Of a stretch of DNA of 64,000 nucleotides, positions 35,924-45,384 are shown in pieces (position 1 is the stretch's first letter; the number at the start of each line of letters is the position of its first letter). The notes under the pieces are model-generated. The model did not search any database. It was not told where the DNA came from and saw only the letters and a list, made by a program, of their open reading frames with translations. The stretch covers positions 444,681 through 508,680 of the forward strand of contig CAZCGN010000001.1 of NCBI GenBank assembly GCA_964498285.1. The letters are read 5' to 3'. This stretch comes from an uncultured Methanosarcinales archaeon. GTDB lineage: Archaea > Nanobdellota > Nanobdellia > Woesearchaeales > GW2011-AR9. Position numbers and translations under genes: made by a program.

Positions 35924-38053
35924 ATGTGCGGAATAATTGGCATTTGTAATCATGTACAAGCATCAGAAAAAGTTCTTGCAGCGCTTGCACTTCTAAACAA
36001 TAGGGGAAAAGATGGTGTCGGTATTGCAACCACAAAAGAAGTTCAACATGCAAAAAATCTTACAGAGCTAAGAGTACCTTCAGAATCAACAGTATTTGGT
36101 CATACTCTTCATAGTGTTGTAGGGCACGTAGCACAACCACTTAAAGATGAAATGTCTGGAGCTATTCTTGTTGCTAATTGTGAAATTTATAACTGGCAAG
36201 AACTCAATGAGAAATATAAGGCGGGTGCACGTAATGATGCAGACTTTTTGTTATGGTTCCTCACATCATTTAGCACAGAAAAATTAGATATTTTAGATGG
36301 TGTATACGCATTTTCCTATCTTAAAGATAATGTTCTTACCATCGCACGCGATAGTATTGGTGTTAAACCTCTCTTTTATTCTCATACAACAGATTCTTTT
36401 GCTTTTGCCTCGGAAAAAAAGGTCTTAGAACACGTTGGATATCTTGATATTAAAGAACTTAATCCCCGGCAAATATTGTTCTATGATCTTACTACACACA
36501 AAATCATGCTAGAGAAAAGAGATTTTTTTAGGGAAAAACCATTGCATAAACAGAGCAAAGAAGAAATTCAATCAAAACTTTCCAAACTGTTGTTCAATGC
36601 AATACAAAAACGTATCCCTTCAAATGAGAATAAAGTTGGTCTTCTCTTCTCTGGCGGGATAGATTCGACGTTCATTGCACACACACTTCAAAAGCTGGGT
36701 GCTAATTTCACTTGCTACACAACTGTTCTTGAAACGAGTACCGCAATTCCAGAAGATTTAACGTATGCAACGAAAGTAGCACAAGAACTTGGCCTACAGC
36801 TTCGAATTAAAAAGCTTTCTTTAGAGGAAGTAGAAGAAGGTCTCAAAAAGGTAGTCCCCTTAATTGAAGACACTAATGTTGTTAAGGCCGGGGTTGGACT
36901 CACTTTTTATGCTGCTGCCAAAATGGCTCAGGAAGATGGCTGCAAGGTGCTCTTTTCCGGATTAGGATCTGAAGAAATTTTTGCAGGGTACGAGCGACAC
37001 AAAAAATCGGGTAATATCAATATGGAATGTATCTCGGGTCTTCGTAAAATGTATGAGAGAGACTTATACCGTGATGATGTTATTAGTATGGATAATTCTG
37101 TTGAGATGAGGCTTCCGTTCTTAGATAAAGAATTAGTGTCATTTGCACTCAAAATACCAGAAGAATATAAAATTGTGAATGGAGTGGGTAAATACATATT
37201 ACGTGAAATTGCGCTTGCGCAAGGGATTTTGCAAGAGTTTGCGCTGCGCCCTAAAAAAGCAGCACAATACGGATCACGTATTGATAACGCGCTCGGACGT
37301 TTGGCCAAAAAAGGAGGGTTCAAGTACAAATCAAACTATCTTCGCCAATTTTATCCAACACACAACTTGAGGTTGGGCGCGCTGTTTAGTTCAGGCAAAG
37401 ATTCAAATTATGCAGCGTACATTATGCATGCACAGAATTATGAGATTAGCTGCCTTATAACACTTCTTTCGCAAAATCCCGATTCGTACATGTTCCAATC
37501 AGCGGGTCTCGAGATTATTGAGCTTGCAGCAGAAGCTCTTAGCATTCCTTTAGTTACTCATACAACAAAAGGCTACAAAGAAGAAGAGCTCAAAGATTTG
37601 CATGATGCAATTGCAAAAGCAAAAAAGGAACATAAGCTTGATGGGATTGTTACTGGCGCGATGTTTTCAGTGTATCAGCGTGAACGAATTGAGAAGATAT
37701 GTGATTCTTTAGGATTGAAAATTTTCTCGCCACTTTGGCATAAGGATCAAGCTCAAGAAATGCGCGAGTTGATTTTGTTAGGATTCAATTTTATCCTAAT
37801 TAAGATTGCAGCTCAAGGGCTTGATGCAAGTTGGCTTGGGCGAAGAATAACATCTGAAGATGTGGAAAGGTTAGTTGAGCTTAATGAGAAAATGGGGTTT
37901 AACTGCGCAGGTGAAGGGGGCGAGTTTGAATCATTAGTATTAGATGGTCCGATGCATAAAAAGCAGCTTACACTAGATCAAGTAAAAGTAGTAAAGGAAA
38001 GTGAGTATTGCGCGCAGCTTACAATTCAAAGGGCTCACTGCGAAGAGAAGTAA
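35924..38053 (+). CDS. Two-module amidotransferase: asparagine-synthetase-like (Ntn glutaminase plus PP-loop) fused to a diphthine-ammonia-ligase-like (Dph6/MJ0570-type) PP-loop ATPase
   Basis: MCGIIGI (Ntn catalytic Cys2). PP-loop FSGGIDST. The C-terminal roughly 230 aa carries a second PP-loop LFSSGKDSNYA and GEGGEFES, typical of the Dph6/ATP_bind_4 family. The start is placed at the Met before CGIIG. Confidence 0.65.
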   Translation: MCGIIGICNHVQASEKVLAALALLNNRGKDGVGIATTKEVQHAKNLTELRVPSESTVFGHTLHSVVGHVAQPLKDEMSGAILVANCEIYNWQELNEKYKAGARNDADFLLWFLTSFSTEKLDILDGVYAFSYLKDNVLTIARDSIGVKPLFYSHTTDSFAFASEKKVLEHVGYLDIKELNPRQILFYDLTTHKIMLEKRDFFREKPLHKQSKEEIQSKLSKLLFNAIQKRIPSNENKVGLLFSGGIDSTFIAHTLQKLGANFTCYTTVLETSTAIPEDLTYATKVAQELGLQLRIKKLSLEEVEEGLKKVVPLIEDTNVVKAGVGLTFYAAAKMAQEDGCKVLFSGLGSEEIFAGYERHKKSGNINMECISGLRKMYERDLYRDDVISMDNSVEMRLPFLDKELVSFALKIPEEYKIVNGVGKYILREIALAQGILQEFALRPKKAAQYGSRIDNALGRLAKKGGFKYKSNYLRQFYPTHNLRLGALFSSGKDSNYAAYIMHAQNYEISCLITLLSQNPDSYMFQSAGLEIIELAAEALSIPLVTHTTKGYKEEELKDLHDAIAKAKKEHKLDGIVTGAMFSVYQRERIEKICDSLGLKIFSPLWHKDQAQEMRELILLGFNFILIKIAAQGLDASWLGRRITSEDVERLVELNEKMGFNCAGEGGEFESLVLDGPMHKKQLTLDQVKVVKESEYCAQLTIQRAHCEEK

Positions 38054-39671
38054 GCGAGTTTGTACTATTCAGAGAATATTTTAGAGCAGCTTTCACAAGT
38101 CCTAAAAATAAAGGTGCTGGTGTGAGTAATGAGCTTTTCAGTTCCGGATGGCCTTGTGTTGCAATAAAATAAGGATGGTTTTGGACTTCAACAAACTCTG
38201 CAAGATTTCTTCCTTCATACAGCCCAGAAAGGACAAGACCTTTTTCTCGAAAGATAGTATGATATTGCGGATTAATTTCATATCTGTGCCTGTGCCTTTC
38301 AGAAACAGTCGTTGAGCCATATAACTGGTGTGCTAAGGAATTTTCTTCTAATGTTGCGGTATACGCACCAAGTCGCATGGTACCTCCTTTTGTTGCAATC
38401 TCTTTTTGTTCTGGTAGAATGTCAACAACTGGGTGTGGTGTTGATGGGTTAATCTCGGTACTATTTGCATTATGGAGTGCACACACATTACGTGCAAATT
38501 CTGCAACCATCAGTTGCATCCCTAAGCAAATGCCTAAAAGGGGGACGTTATTTTCTCGAGCGTACTTGATAATTTCTAATTTACCTTCCGTTCCACGCGA
38601 ACCAAACCCACCTGGAATAATGATTCCTGAAATTCCTTTGAGTGCATCTTCTGGTAGGATGGTTCCTTTTTCAATTTCAGTAGTTTCAATGAATTGAAGT
38701 TTGATTTTTGATTTGGTATGCGCGCTACAATGCAGAAGTGCTTCGTTAATACTTGCATAACTATCTTCGAGCTTAGTATATTTGCCACAGATAGCAATAG
38801 TAATTTCTTGTTCTGGCATCTCAAGATTTTTGAGTAAAGAGCCCCACAGATCTTCGCTTTGAGGGATTGTAATCCCTAAATTTTTCTCTAAGATAGTTAA
38901 AATGCCTTGCTCTCGAAGTGTTGCGGGAAGTTTATACACATAATTAACGTCAAGGCCTGTAAGAACTGCATCCGGATTTAGGTCAGAGAAGAGCGCAATT
39001 TTTTGTTTTATTTTTTCTGTTAAGTATTCAGCGCATCGCCCAATGATTATATCTGGCTGAATACCGCGTTGTTGAAGCTGATTAATACTTTGTTGTGTTG
39101 GTTTTGATTTCTGTTCATTCACACCGTACGGAATTGGAACATATGTTAAATGAACATAACAAATGTTATGTTCTCCAACTTCTCGCTTGAGTTGCCGAAC
39201 AGCTTCAATATATAGTTCATTTTCAATATCACCAACAGTTCCTCCAACTTCAATTAAGACAATATCTGCGTTTTCACGATCCGCAATTTCGAAAAATTTT
39301 CCCTTAATAAAATTCACAACATGAGGGATGTATTGCACAGTTTTTCCAAGATAATCTCCTCGCCTTTCTTTTGTTCTCACACCCTGAAAGACCTTACCCA
39401 TGGTAAGGTTCTGCTCTTTTTTACACGTAGTGTTAAGAAACCTTTCATAGTGCCCAAAATCCATGTCAACTTCGGCACCGTCATCTAAAACGAACACTTC
39501 TCCGTGTTCGATAGGGTTCATGGTCCCAGGATCAACGTTCAAATATCCATCAAGTTTTATGGGAACAACCTTGTATAGGGATGAGAGAAGATGTCCGATT
39601 GAAGCTCCTGCAATGCCTTTTCCAAGCCCTGAGAGCACTCCGCCCGTCACAACAATAAATTTGCGGGGCAT
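38019..39671 (-). CDS. pyrG: CTP synthase
   Basis: N-terminal FIVVTGGVLSGLGKGI and a C-terminal class I glutamine amidotransferase domain (GICLGMQ). Convergent 35-nt overlap with the upstream gene's 3' end. Confidence 0.9.
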   Translation of the reverse strand: MPRKFIVVTGGVLSGLGKGIAGASIGHLLSSLYKVVPIKLDGYLNVDPGTMNPIEHGEVFVLDDGAEVDMDFGHYERFLNTTCKKEQNLTMGKVFQGVRTKERRGDYLGKTVQYIPHVVNFIKGKFFEIADRENADIVLIEVGGTVGDIENELYIEAVRQLKREVGEHNICYVHLTYVPIPYGVNEQKSKPTQQSINQLQQRGIQPDIIIGRCAEYLTEKIKQKIALFSDLNPDAVLTGLDVNYVYKLPATLREQGILTILEKNLGITIPQSEDLWGSLLKNLEMPEQEITIAICGKYTKLEDSYASINEALLHCSAHTKSKIKLQFIETTEIEKGTILPEDALKGISGIIIPGGFGSRGTEGKLEIIKYARENNVPLLGICLGMQLMVAEFARNVCALHNANSTEINPSTPHPVVDILPEQKEIATKGGTMRLGAYTATLEENSLAHQLYGSTTVSERHRHRYEINPQYHTIFREKGLVLSGLYEGRNLAEFVEVQNHPYFIATQGHPELKSSLLTPAPLFLGLVKAALKYSLNSTNSLTSLRSEPFEL

Positions 39672-39778
39672 TGATCGGTGCATTTATTTTTTAGGAGACC
39701 ACTCCTATATAAAAATTCAGCACACTTGCCCGATGACAACAACTAAACTTTTATTAATCTCTTAATTATCTTTTTTCT

Positions 39779-40243
39779 ATGTTACAAAAAATAACTATTC
39801 TATTAGTCCTTTCACTGTTTCTTTTTAGCCTTGGGTGTTCTGCGCAAGAAGCGCCAATTGTTGAAGATTTGCTAGTTAACCCAAATCCGGTGGAAGAAGA
39901 GGCAGAAGATCTTTTCATTGACGATGAGCCTGAAACTCCTTTTGTGGGTGAAGTTCAAGATCTCCCTTCTGTTCGCGAAATTTTGATGATTGCACAGAAA
40001 TACGAATTTATTCCAGAAACGGTTACTGTTCAGGAAGGAGAACGAGTCAGGTTAGTAATTGAAAGTACTGATGTTGATCATGGCATTTCTATTCCGGCGT
40101 TTGGTATTAATGAGAATTTAGAAGCAGGTAAAACAACCACTTTTGAGTTCGTAGCTGATACCAAGGGTGAATTTCCAATGATTTGCTCCATATTTTGTGG
40201 AACTGGCCATGGCTCTATGCGTGGAACGTTGGTTGTTGAGTGA
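39779..40243 (+). CDS. Cupredoxin-fold lipoprotein with a CuA-type binuclear copper site (cytochrome oxidase subunit II-like domain)
   Basis: Signal peptide with lipobox LGCSA. Copper ligands H (DVDHGISIP) ... C-x3-C-G-x2-H-x2-M (CSIFCGTGHGSM). Confidence 0.6.
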   Translation: MLQKITILLVLSLFLFSLGCSAQEAPIVEDLLVNPNPVEEEAEDLFIDDEPETPFVGEVQDLPSVREILMIAQKYEFIPETVTVQEGERVRLVIESTDVDHGISIPAFGINENLEAGKTTTFEFVADTKGEFPMICSIFCGTGHGSMRGTLVVE

Positions 40244-40290
40244 GGGTTATTTTGAAAAAGATTATATAGCCTTATTCCAGCTATCTGATC

Positions 40291-40722
40291 ATGGGCAATA
40301 TATCTACGGCTAGAAAGGGAGACTTTCAAGCAATTTTCTCCCTGATTAAGGAGTTGCACCCAAACACCAGGTTTTCACGAAAGAAAGTTGAAGAATTATA
40401 TTTCAAAAATGTAAGAAATAAAAATTCTATGGAGCTTATTCTTTCTGTAGATGCCCAAATCATTGGTTTTGCTGCGATCTCCTTTAGGAACGACATTCAA
40501 ACACAAGCAAAAATCGGGTATCTTTCTGAACTAATTGTTACAAAAGCAATGAGGGGTAAGGGTTATGGCACAAAACTTCTTAAACAAGCTATCAAGAAAG
40601 CGAAAGGCCATGGTTGCAAAGAGATTCATTTTCCTTCAACCTTTAAACGAAAAAAAGCGCACAAATTTTACCAATCGTTGGGATTCAAAAAAACCGCGTA
40701 CTTTTTCTGGAAAGAAATTTAA
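40291..40722 (+). CDS. GNAT-family N-acetyltransferase
   Basis: Acetyl-CoA motif MRGKGYGTKLL. 143 aa. Confidence 0.65.
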   Translation: MGNISTARKGDFQAIFSLIKELHPNTRFSRKKVEELYFKNVRNKNSMELILSVDAQIIGFAAISFRNDIQTQAKIGYLSELIVTKAMRGKGYGTKLLKQAIKKAKGHGCKEIHFPSTFKRKKAHKFYQSLGFKKTAYFFWKEI

Positions 40723-40744
40723 AATAAAAAACAAAAAAGAAATT

Positions 40745-41701
40745 CTAGCTCAACTGGGCATCGATAGCTTGCGCGAATACGCTAAACGGTTGCGCGCCTG
40801 AAATAAGCTCGCCGTTCACTAAAAATCCAGGTGTTCCACGAACACCAAGCCGTTGTCCATCGCTAAAGTCGGACTGAACTTCTTGTGCTTGAGCGCCGCT
40901 ATCTAAACAAGTGTTGAACGCTGTAGTATCTAGGCCTAAGTCTGATGCCATTTGTTTAAATGATGCAACTCCTCCAGTAACTCCCCTTTCAAAAAGCATA
41001 TCGTGCATTTCATAGAACATATCTTGTTCTCCTGCGCATTCTGCAGCTTCAGCAGCTTTCTGAGCGTTTTGATGAAAACTTAGTGGAAAATCTCTAAAAA
41101 CAATTTTTGCTTTTCCTGTATCTACATATTGTTCTACAATTTGATTGTAGGTTTGCGAATAAAACCGTGCACAAAATGGACATTCAAAATCGCTAAACTC
41201 AACAATGGTCACTGGCGCGTTCGGATCTCCTTTAATATGGTCATCTTCATCATACGTTGATTCAACAGGCAAGGCTGCCGCGCTTGGTGCTGCTACTGCT
41301 GCTCCAGTTGGAGCCGCTGCTGTAGGCACATCAACTGCTGTGCCTCCTTTTGTTACGCTTACATCAAGATCGTAGTTTGCAAACAATGAAATTACGAGTA
41401 ATACTGCTAACACAAACGTAGCGTTTCGCCAAACCGTTGGTTTAATTTCTCGCTTTGCTTTTGTCGCAGGTTTTGCATGCGTTTTATGTTCAGTGTGTTT
41501 TGGTGCGTGATCTTGCACTTTATGTACATGTTCATGAGTTTTCTCATGAAATCCAGAATGAGTATTTTCCCCTTCCACTTCTCTCTCCTCCTCAAAATTA
41601 TTGATTATCTTCAATCCAAGCCCCTTTGCATTTAAAGCTTTTCGTTTTCGCACACTATAGGTGGCTGTATCATCAAAATTCTGTTTTGTGATAGACCACA
41701 T
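40745..41701 (-). CDS. Membrane-anchored DsbA-like thiol:disulfide oxidoreductase with a His-rich N-terminal region
   Basis: FSDFECPFCARF (thioredoxin CxxC). One TM helix. N-terminal HEKTHEHVHKVQDHAPKHTEHKTH. Moderately GC-rich. Confidence 0.6.
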   Translation of the reverse strand: MWSITKQNFDDTATYSVRKRKALNAKGLGLKIINNFEEEREVEGENTHSGFHEKTHEHVHKVQDHAPKHTEHKTHAKPATKAKREIKPTVWRNATFVLAVLLVISLFANYDLDVSVTKGGTAVDVPTAAAPTGAAVAAPSAAALPVESTYDEDDHIKGDPNAPVTIVEFSDFECPFCARFYSQTYNQIVEQYVDTGKAKIVFRDFPLSFHQNAQKAAEAAECAGEQDMFYEMHDMLFERGVTGGVASFKQMASDLGLDTTAFNTCLDSGAQAQEVQSDFSDGQRLGVRGTPGFLVNGELISGAQPFSVFAQAIDAQLS

Positions 41702-43454
41702 AACAGGGGATAGAATTTTTCACTTGGACTAATGAAATGAGCCGTTTTTTGAGTTCATCCTCAGAAATTGTTTCTTCTAATTTTACATCATATGCAATAT
41801 CTTCATATGCAACTTCCTTAAAAAAGGCAGAATTGGGCGAAATAGTTTCAAGGGGAGCTGTAGAATCGTTTTCAGGGTCGAGCAAGATGTCTCCTTTCAT
41901 TCGATCAATAAGAACGTTGAACCTCGTTCCGTTTTTTTCACATTCTACAAAAAGTGCAGGAATAAGATACGTTGTAATTTTTGTAATTTCTCTATCTGCA
42001 ATAAGCTGAATTTCTTTAATGCTTAACTTTGGTTTGATAAGTGCAAGAAGGCTCTCTTTTGTTGCTTGCTCCACAATATTCTCTTCTTCTTCTATCATTT
42101 GTACAGCAACGCCACCATGTTTTGTTCGTCTTTCTCTAATATTTACCACAAGAGGCCTGTCAACAACACCACACACAAGGGCTGAGCCAACCGGCAAATG
42201 CTGAATTTCTTCTAATGATTCTTGGGTGATACCTTCAACCGAGTTTCCAATCATTCGTAGATCGTTAGGGTTTGTAATTTTCATAATAATCTGTGATGAA
42301 CACTGTGCAAGAACTGTTTTTTGTACAAGAGCTGGACGTTGCGAGACAACACATAAGCCAACTCCAAATTTCCTTCCTTCTGATGAGATTAATCTGATAA
42401 CGTGAGAACTTTTTGCTGAGCCAAACCCTTTTTCAGGAACAAAATTGTGCGCTTCTTCGATAATACAAAAGAATGGGGGAATTTTCCCTCGTTTACGGGC
42501 AAGAAATAAGTCGTAGAGAAGCTTTCCTACAACCATTGATTGAACGTTGGGCTCCATGCCTTTAAGGTTCAGAATTGAACATTTTTGTGATGAAATCAAT
42601 TCTTGTAAAGGAGTAGGATTTTGTGAGAACAACTCCAACCCTTTCATGTGCCGAATCATATCTAATAAAGCCCATTTATGCTGTGAGTTAAGTTGCTCCA
42701 GGCCAATTGCAATATTGTCAAATGTGATTGGGTCAACATCTTTAAGAACTGAGAAAAGAAGTCCTTCTTGTGTTGATGAAAGTGATAAGGGAAGCCATTT
42801 CATAAGTTCATAGCTATTCATACTTTCAGTAAGTTTGATTGGGGTGAGGTCTTTGCACGATGTTGGATCTCCATATTCTTTGATTTGAGGCGCATATCCT
42901 TTAGCAGTAATGTTCCAGTGTGCAAGATTCTCTTGCGATTGCTCTGTTGGGAATTTTAAAGAAGAATATTCTCCGTGTGGATCAATAATTAAAATTGGAA
43001 CACCTTTCTCGAGTATTTCTTCAATAAGAACGCCAACCGTATAACTTTTACCTGCACCTGATTTTGCTAAAATAGAGATATGTTTTGTAAGCAACTTTTG
43101 TAAATCAATATGAATCGGGATTGATCTTCCTTGCAGAGTTCCAATGTATGCACTTTGAGAGTTAAGTTCAATAATAGATTTGATGAATTCATCTTCTGCG
43201 CTGAGAACTTCTGACCCGATCGCAAAGGGTGTCCTAATACTTTGTAACCTGTTATTCTCATCTTTGTAGCCAATAACGTTGCACTGTGCTATGGTCTCTT
43301 CTTGCGTTCTTACTAATTCTAGGATTTGACAGAGAACAAACCCGTAATCGGGGTGTTGGAGTTGAATGAATGCAAATTTTTGCGTTTGCTTGTGTGTTAC
43401 AAGGAACGTAAATCTTGTAGTGGTTACTTTACCTACAACTTTTCCTAGAATCAT
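41673..43454 (-). CDS. HerA/VirB4-like ATPase (DUF87 family)
   Basis: Walker A AKSGAGKSY and ILIIDPHGEY, characteristic of the DUF87/HerA P-loop domain. 593 aa. Confidence 0.65.
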   Translation of the reverse strand: MILGKVVGKVTTTRFTFLVTHKQTQKFAFIQLQHPDYGFVLCQILELVRTQEETIAQCNVIGYKDENNRLQSIRTPFAIGSEVLSAEDEFIKSIIELNSQSAYIGTLQGRSIPIHIDLQKLLTKHISILAKSGAGKSYTVGVLIEEILEKGVPILIIDPHGEYSSLKFPTEQSQENLAHWNITAKGYAPQIKEYGDPTSCKDLTPIKLTESMNSYELMKWLPLSLSSTQEGLLFSVLKDVDPITFDNIAIGLEQLNSQHKWALLDMIRHMKGLELFSQNPTPLQELISSQKCSILNLKGMEPNVQSMVVGKLLYDLFLARKRGKIPPFFCIIEEAHNFVPEKGFGSAKSSHVIRLISSEGRKFGVGLCVVSQRPALVQKTVLAQCSSQIIMKITNPNDLRMIGNSVEGITQESLEEIQHLPVGSALVCGVVDRPLVVNIRERRTKHGGVAVQMIEEEENIVEQATKESLLALIKPKLSIKEIQLIADREITKITTYLIPALFVECEKNGTRFNVLIDRMKGDILLDPENDSTAPLETISPNSAFFKEVAYEDIAYDVKLEETISEDELKKRLISLVQVKNSIPCYVVYHKTEF

Positions 43455-43495
43455 GCTATTTTGATTTGTTTTGTATTTATTACAATTCGTATGCT

Positions 43496-43702
43496 TCAGA
43501 AGACATTAAAGAGAATATCGAGGCGGTATAACGCAAACCCGAGCCATAGAACTAGGATAAGATAGAACAAACCAAACCATTTGTTTACAGGAAAAATGTT
43601 GCTGAGCCAGTGGGTTTTCTTTTTGGGCATGTAGCAGAATATGTTATAGATTATGCTATCAGCTAAGATAAGCCACCAAAGTATTGCTTCAACAAGGAAC
43701 AT
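43496..43702 (-). CDS. Small two-TM membrane protein (weak)
   Basis: 68-aa hydrophobic ORF. Confidence 0.25.
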   Translation of the reverse strand: MFLVEAILWWLILADSIIYNIFCYMPKKKTHWLSNIFPVNKWFGLFYLILVLWLGFALYRLDILFNVF

Positions 43703-43798
43703 TACTTAAAGGATAATAGTGTGGGAATAAAAGGTTTTTGGTCGAATAAAAGCTAGATCCCTGGATAGTAGTAATCCAGGCAAGATATCTTTAAAAGA

Positions 43799-45379
43799 AT
43801 GGTTTTGTATGATTTTTCTATGACTGATTGGGATGAGCGAAGAAGATCCAACGAGCTTAATTTAGGTGATAACTCAGATTACCAATTTCCAGCAGTTATG
43901 CTCGATTTGATAGATACCGCAGAAATGCAGCGGATGCGGGATGTAAGACAATTGGGTTTTGTTCCGTGGACTTACCCTGGTTCGACCCATACTAGGTTTG
44001 TACACTCAATTGGAACATGCAGGGATACTGGTCTTACTTTAGACCAGCTTGCTGACAATGGGTTTACTCAGGCAGAACAGTTCAGGCTTGCTCTTGGTGC
44101 TGCAGGTCTTTTTCACGATGTAGGACAATTCCCACTTTCTCATGGACTAGACCAATTGATTGGACCCCTCCTAGGTTTTTCTCACGAACAGATAAGTGCA
44201 GACCTTGTAGCAGGGGATTACTCACTTCGCGAGTTTCTAGAATCTCTGCCAAGTTCAATCATGAGTGAAGATATGAGGCGGGCTCAATTGGAAGTTCTGA
44301 GACGAGTGCCTCTTCCTGCAGAAGTTCTTACCCGCCATGGCGTTCCGCCAGAATTAGTTGCACAAATAATTGATGGCGCCAGAGCTGAGCGAAAGAGTGT
44401 TCCAGATGCCATTGGCAAGAATCATTTCCTAAGACAACTGCTTGACGGAGCAGTTTTTGATGTTGATAAAGGAGAATACTTAGTTCGTGATCCACAAATG
44501 ACTGGAGTTCATGAGACTGGTTTCAGCCTTGGTCGTATTGTTTCAAATTTAGGAATAGTAGATTTTGAAGGAGGTTTACATCTTGCAATTGAAAGAGGAG
44601 GTCTTGAAGCACTTGAACATCTTGTTGCAACACGAAAGAAGATGTATCCAACAGTCTATACACACAGAACTGTTGTGGAACATGAAGCAATGTTCTACGA
44701 AGCGATAAAACGCTTTATTAAATCAATGCACGGTGAAGGGAATGGCGAGTTTGCAAGAAGAGTGTATCTACTCAATGATTCTCAATTTGAAGCATATTTG
44801 GCGCAAGGCAAGGATCCAGTTGCAACGCGCCTATATGTTACAGCTAAGTACGATAGACGAAACCGTCATAGGATTGTATATGGGACAGAAGCAAAAACGA
44901 TCCCTTCGATGCTAGATTCGGTAGATCACAAAGAACTCGCTCTACTTCAGAAACTAGGTGAAATCGGCGGAGATTTTCCAGAGGATACAATTCGAGATGA
45001 AATCCTCAAAAGAGCAAATGCTGGAAGAGGTAAAGCAAACAAGCTTGAAGATCATGATGTTATTGTGTATAATCGTGTTTCAAAGGGTCTGAGAACCCGT
45101 GCAGACTTTTTACGAAAGTTTGATATTCGCGTGTTTAGTGGGCGAAGGTTGCGTGGCGATACTCCAAGGTCTAAGTATGAATCACAAGGGCCAGTAGTCT
45201 ACAACGCACGCGATTTTGTTGGGGGAAAAGATGACTTTCACGATGAACATCTCGATAGACTTTTTAGAACGTTCACGGGCCACGAAGTTTCGTATTACTT
45301 TGCCGTTCTTACACCAAAGGAAAATAGAGAAAGAGTACAGAGAGCCACTCAAGATTATGTGGCTGATCTGTTAAAATGA
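43799..45379 (+). CDS. HD-domain phosphohydrolase of the dGTPase/SAMHD1-like dNTP triphosphohydrolase family
   Basis: RFVHSIGT (His of motif I), GLFHDVGQFPLSH (HD motif) and FDVDKGEYLVRDPQMTG (D-x-D...Y..RD...G). 526 aa. Composition intermediate between host and island. Confidence 0.7.
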   Translation: MVLYDFSMTDWDERRRSNELNLGDNSDYQFPAVMLDLIDTAEMQRMRDVRQLGFVPWTYPGSTHTRFVHSIGTCRDTGLTLDQLADNGFTQAEQFRLALGAAGLFHDVGQFPLSHGLDQLIGPLLGFSHEQISADLVAGDYSLREFLESLPSSIMSEDMRRAQLEVLRRVPLPAEVLTRHGVPPELVAQIIDGARAERKSVPDAIGKNHFLRQLLDGAVFDVDKGEYLVRDPQMTGVHETGFSLGRIVSNLGIVDFEGGLHLAIERGGLEALEHLVATRKKMYPTVYTHRTVVEHEAMFYEAIKRFIKSMHGEGNGEFARRVYLLNDSQFEAYLAQGKDPVATRLYVTAKYDRRNRHRIVYGTEAKTIPSMLDSVDHKELALLQKLGEIGGDFPEDTIRDEILKRANAGRGKANKLEDHDVIVYNRVSKGLRTRADFLRKFDIRVFSGRRLRGDTPRSKYESQGPVVYNARDFVGGKDDFHDEHLDRLFRTFTGHEVSYYFAVLTPKENRERVQRATQDYVADLLK

Positions 45380-45384
45380 AAAAA

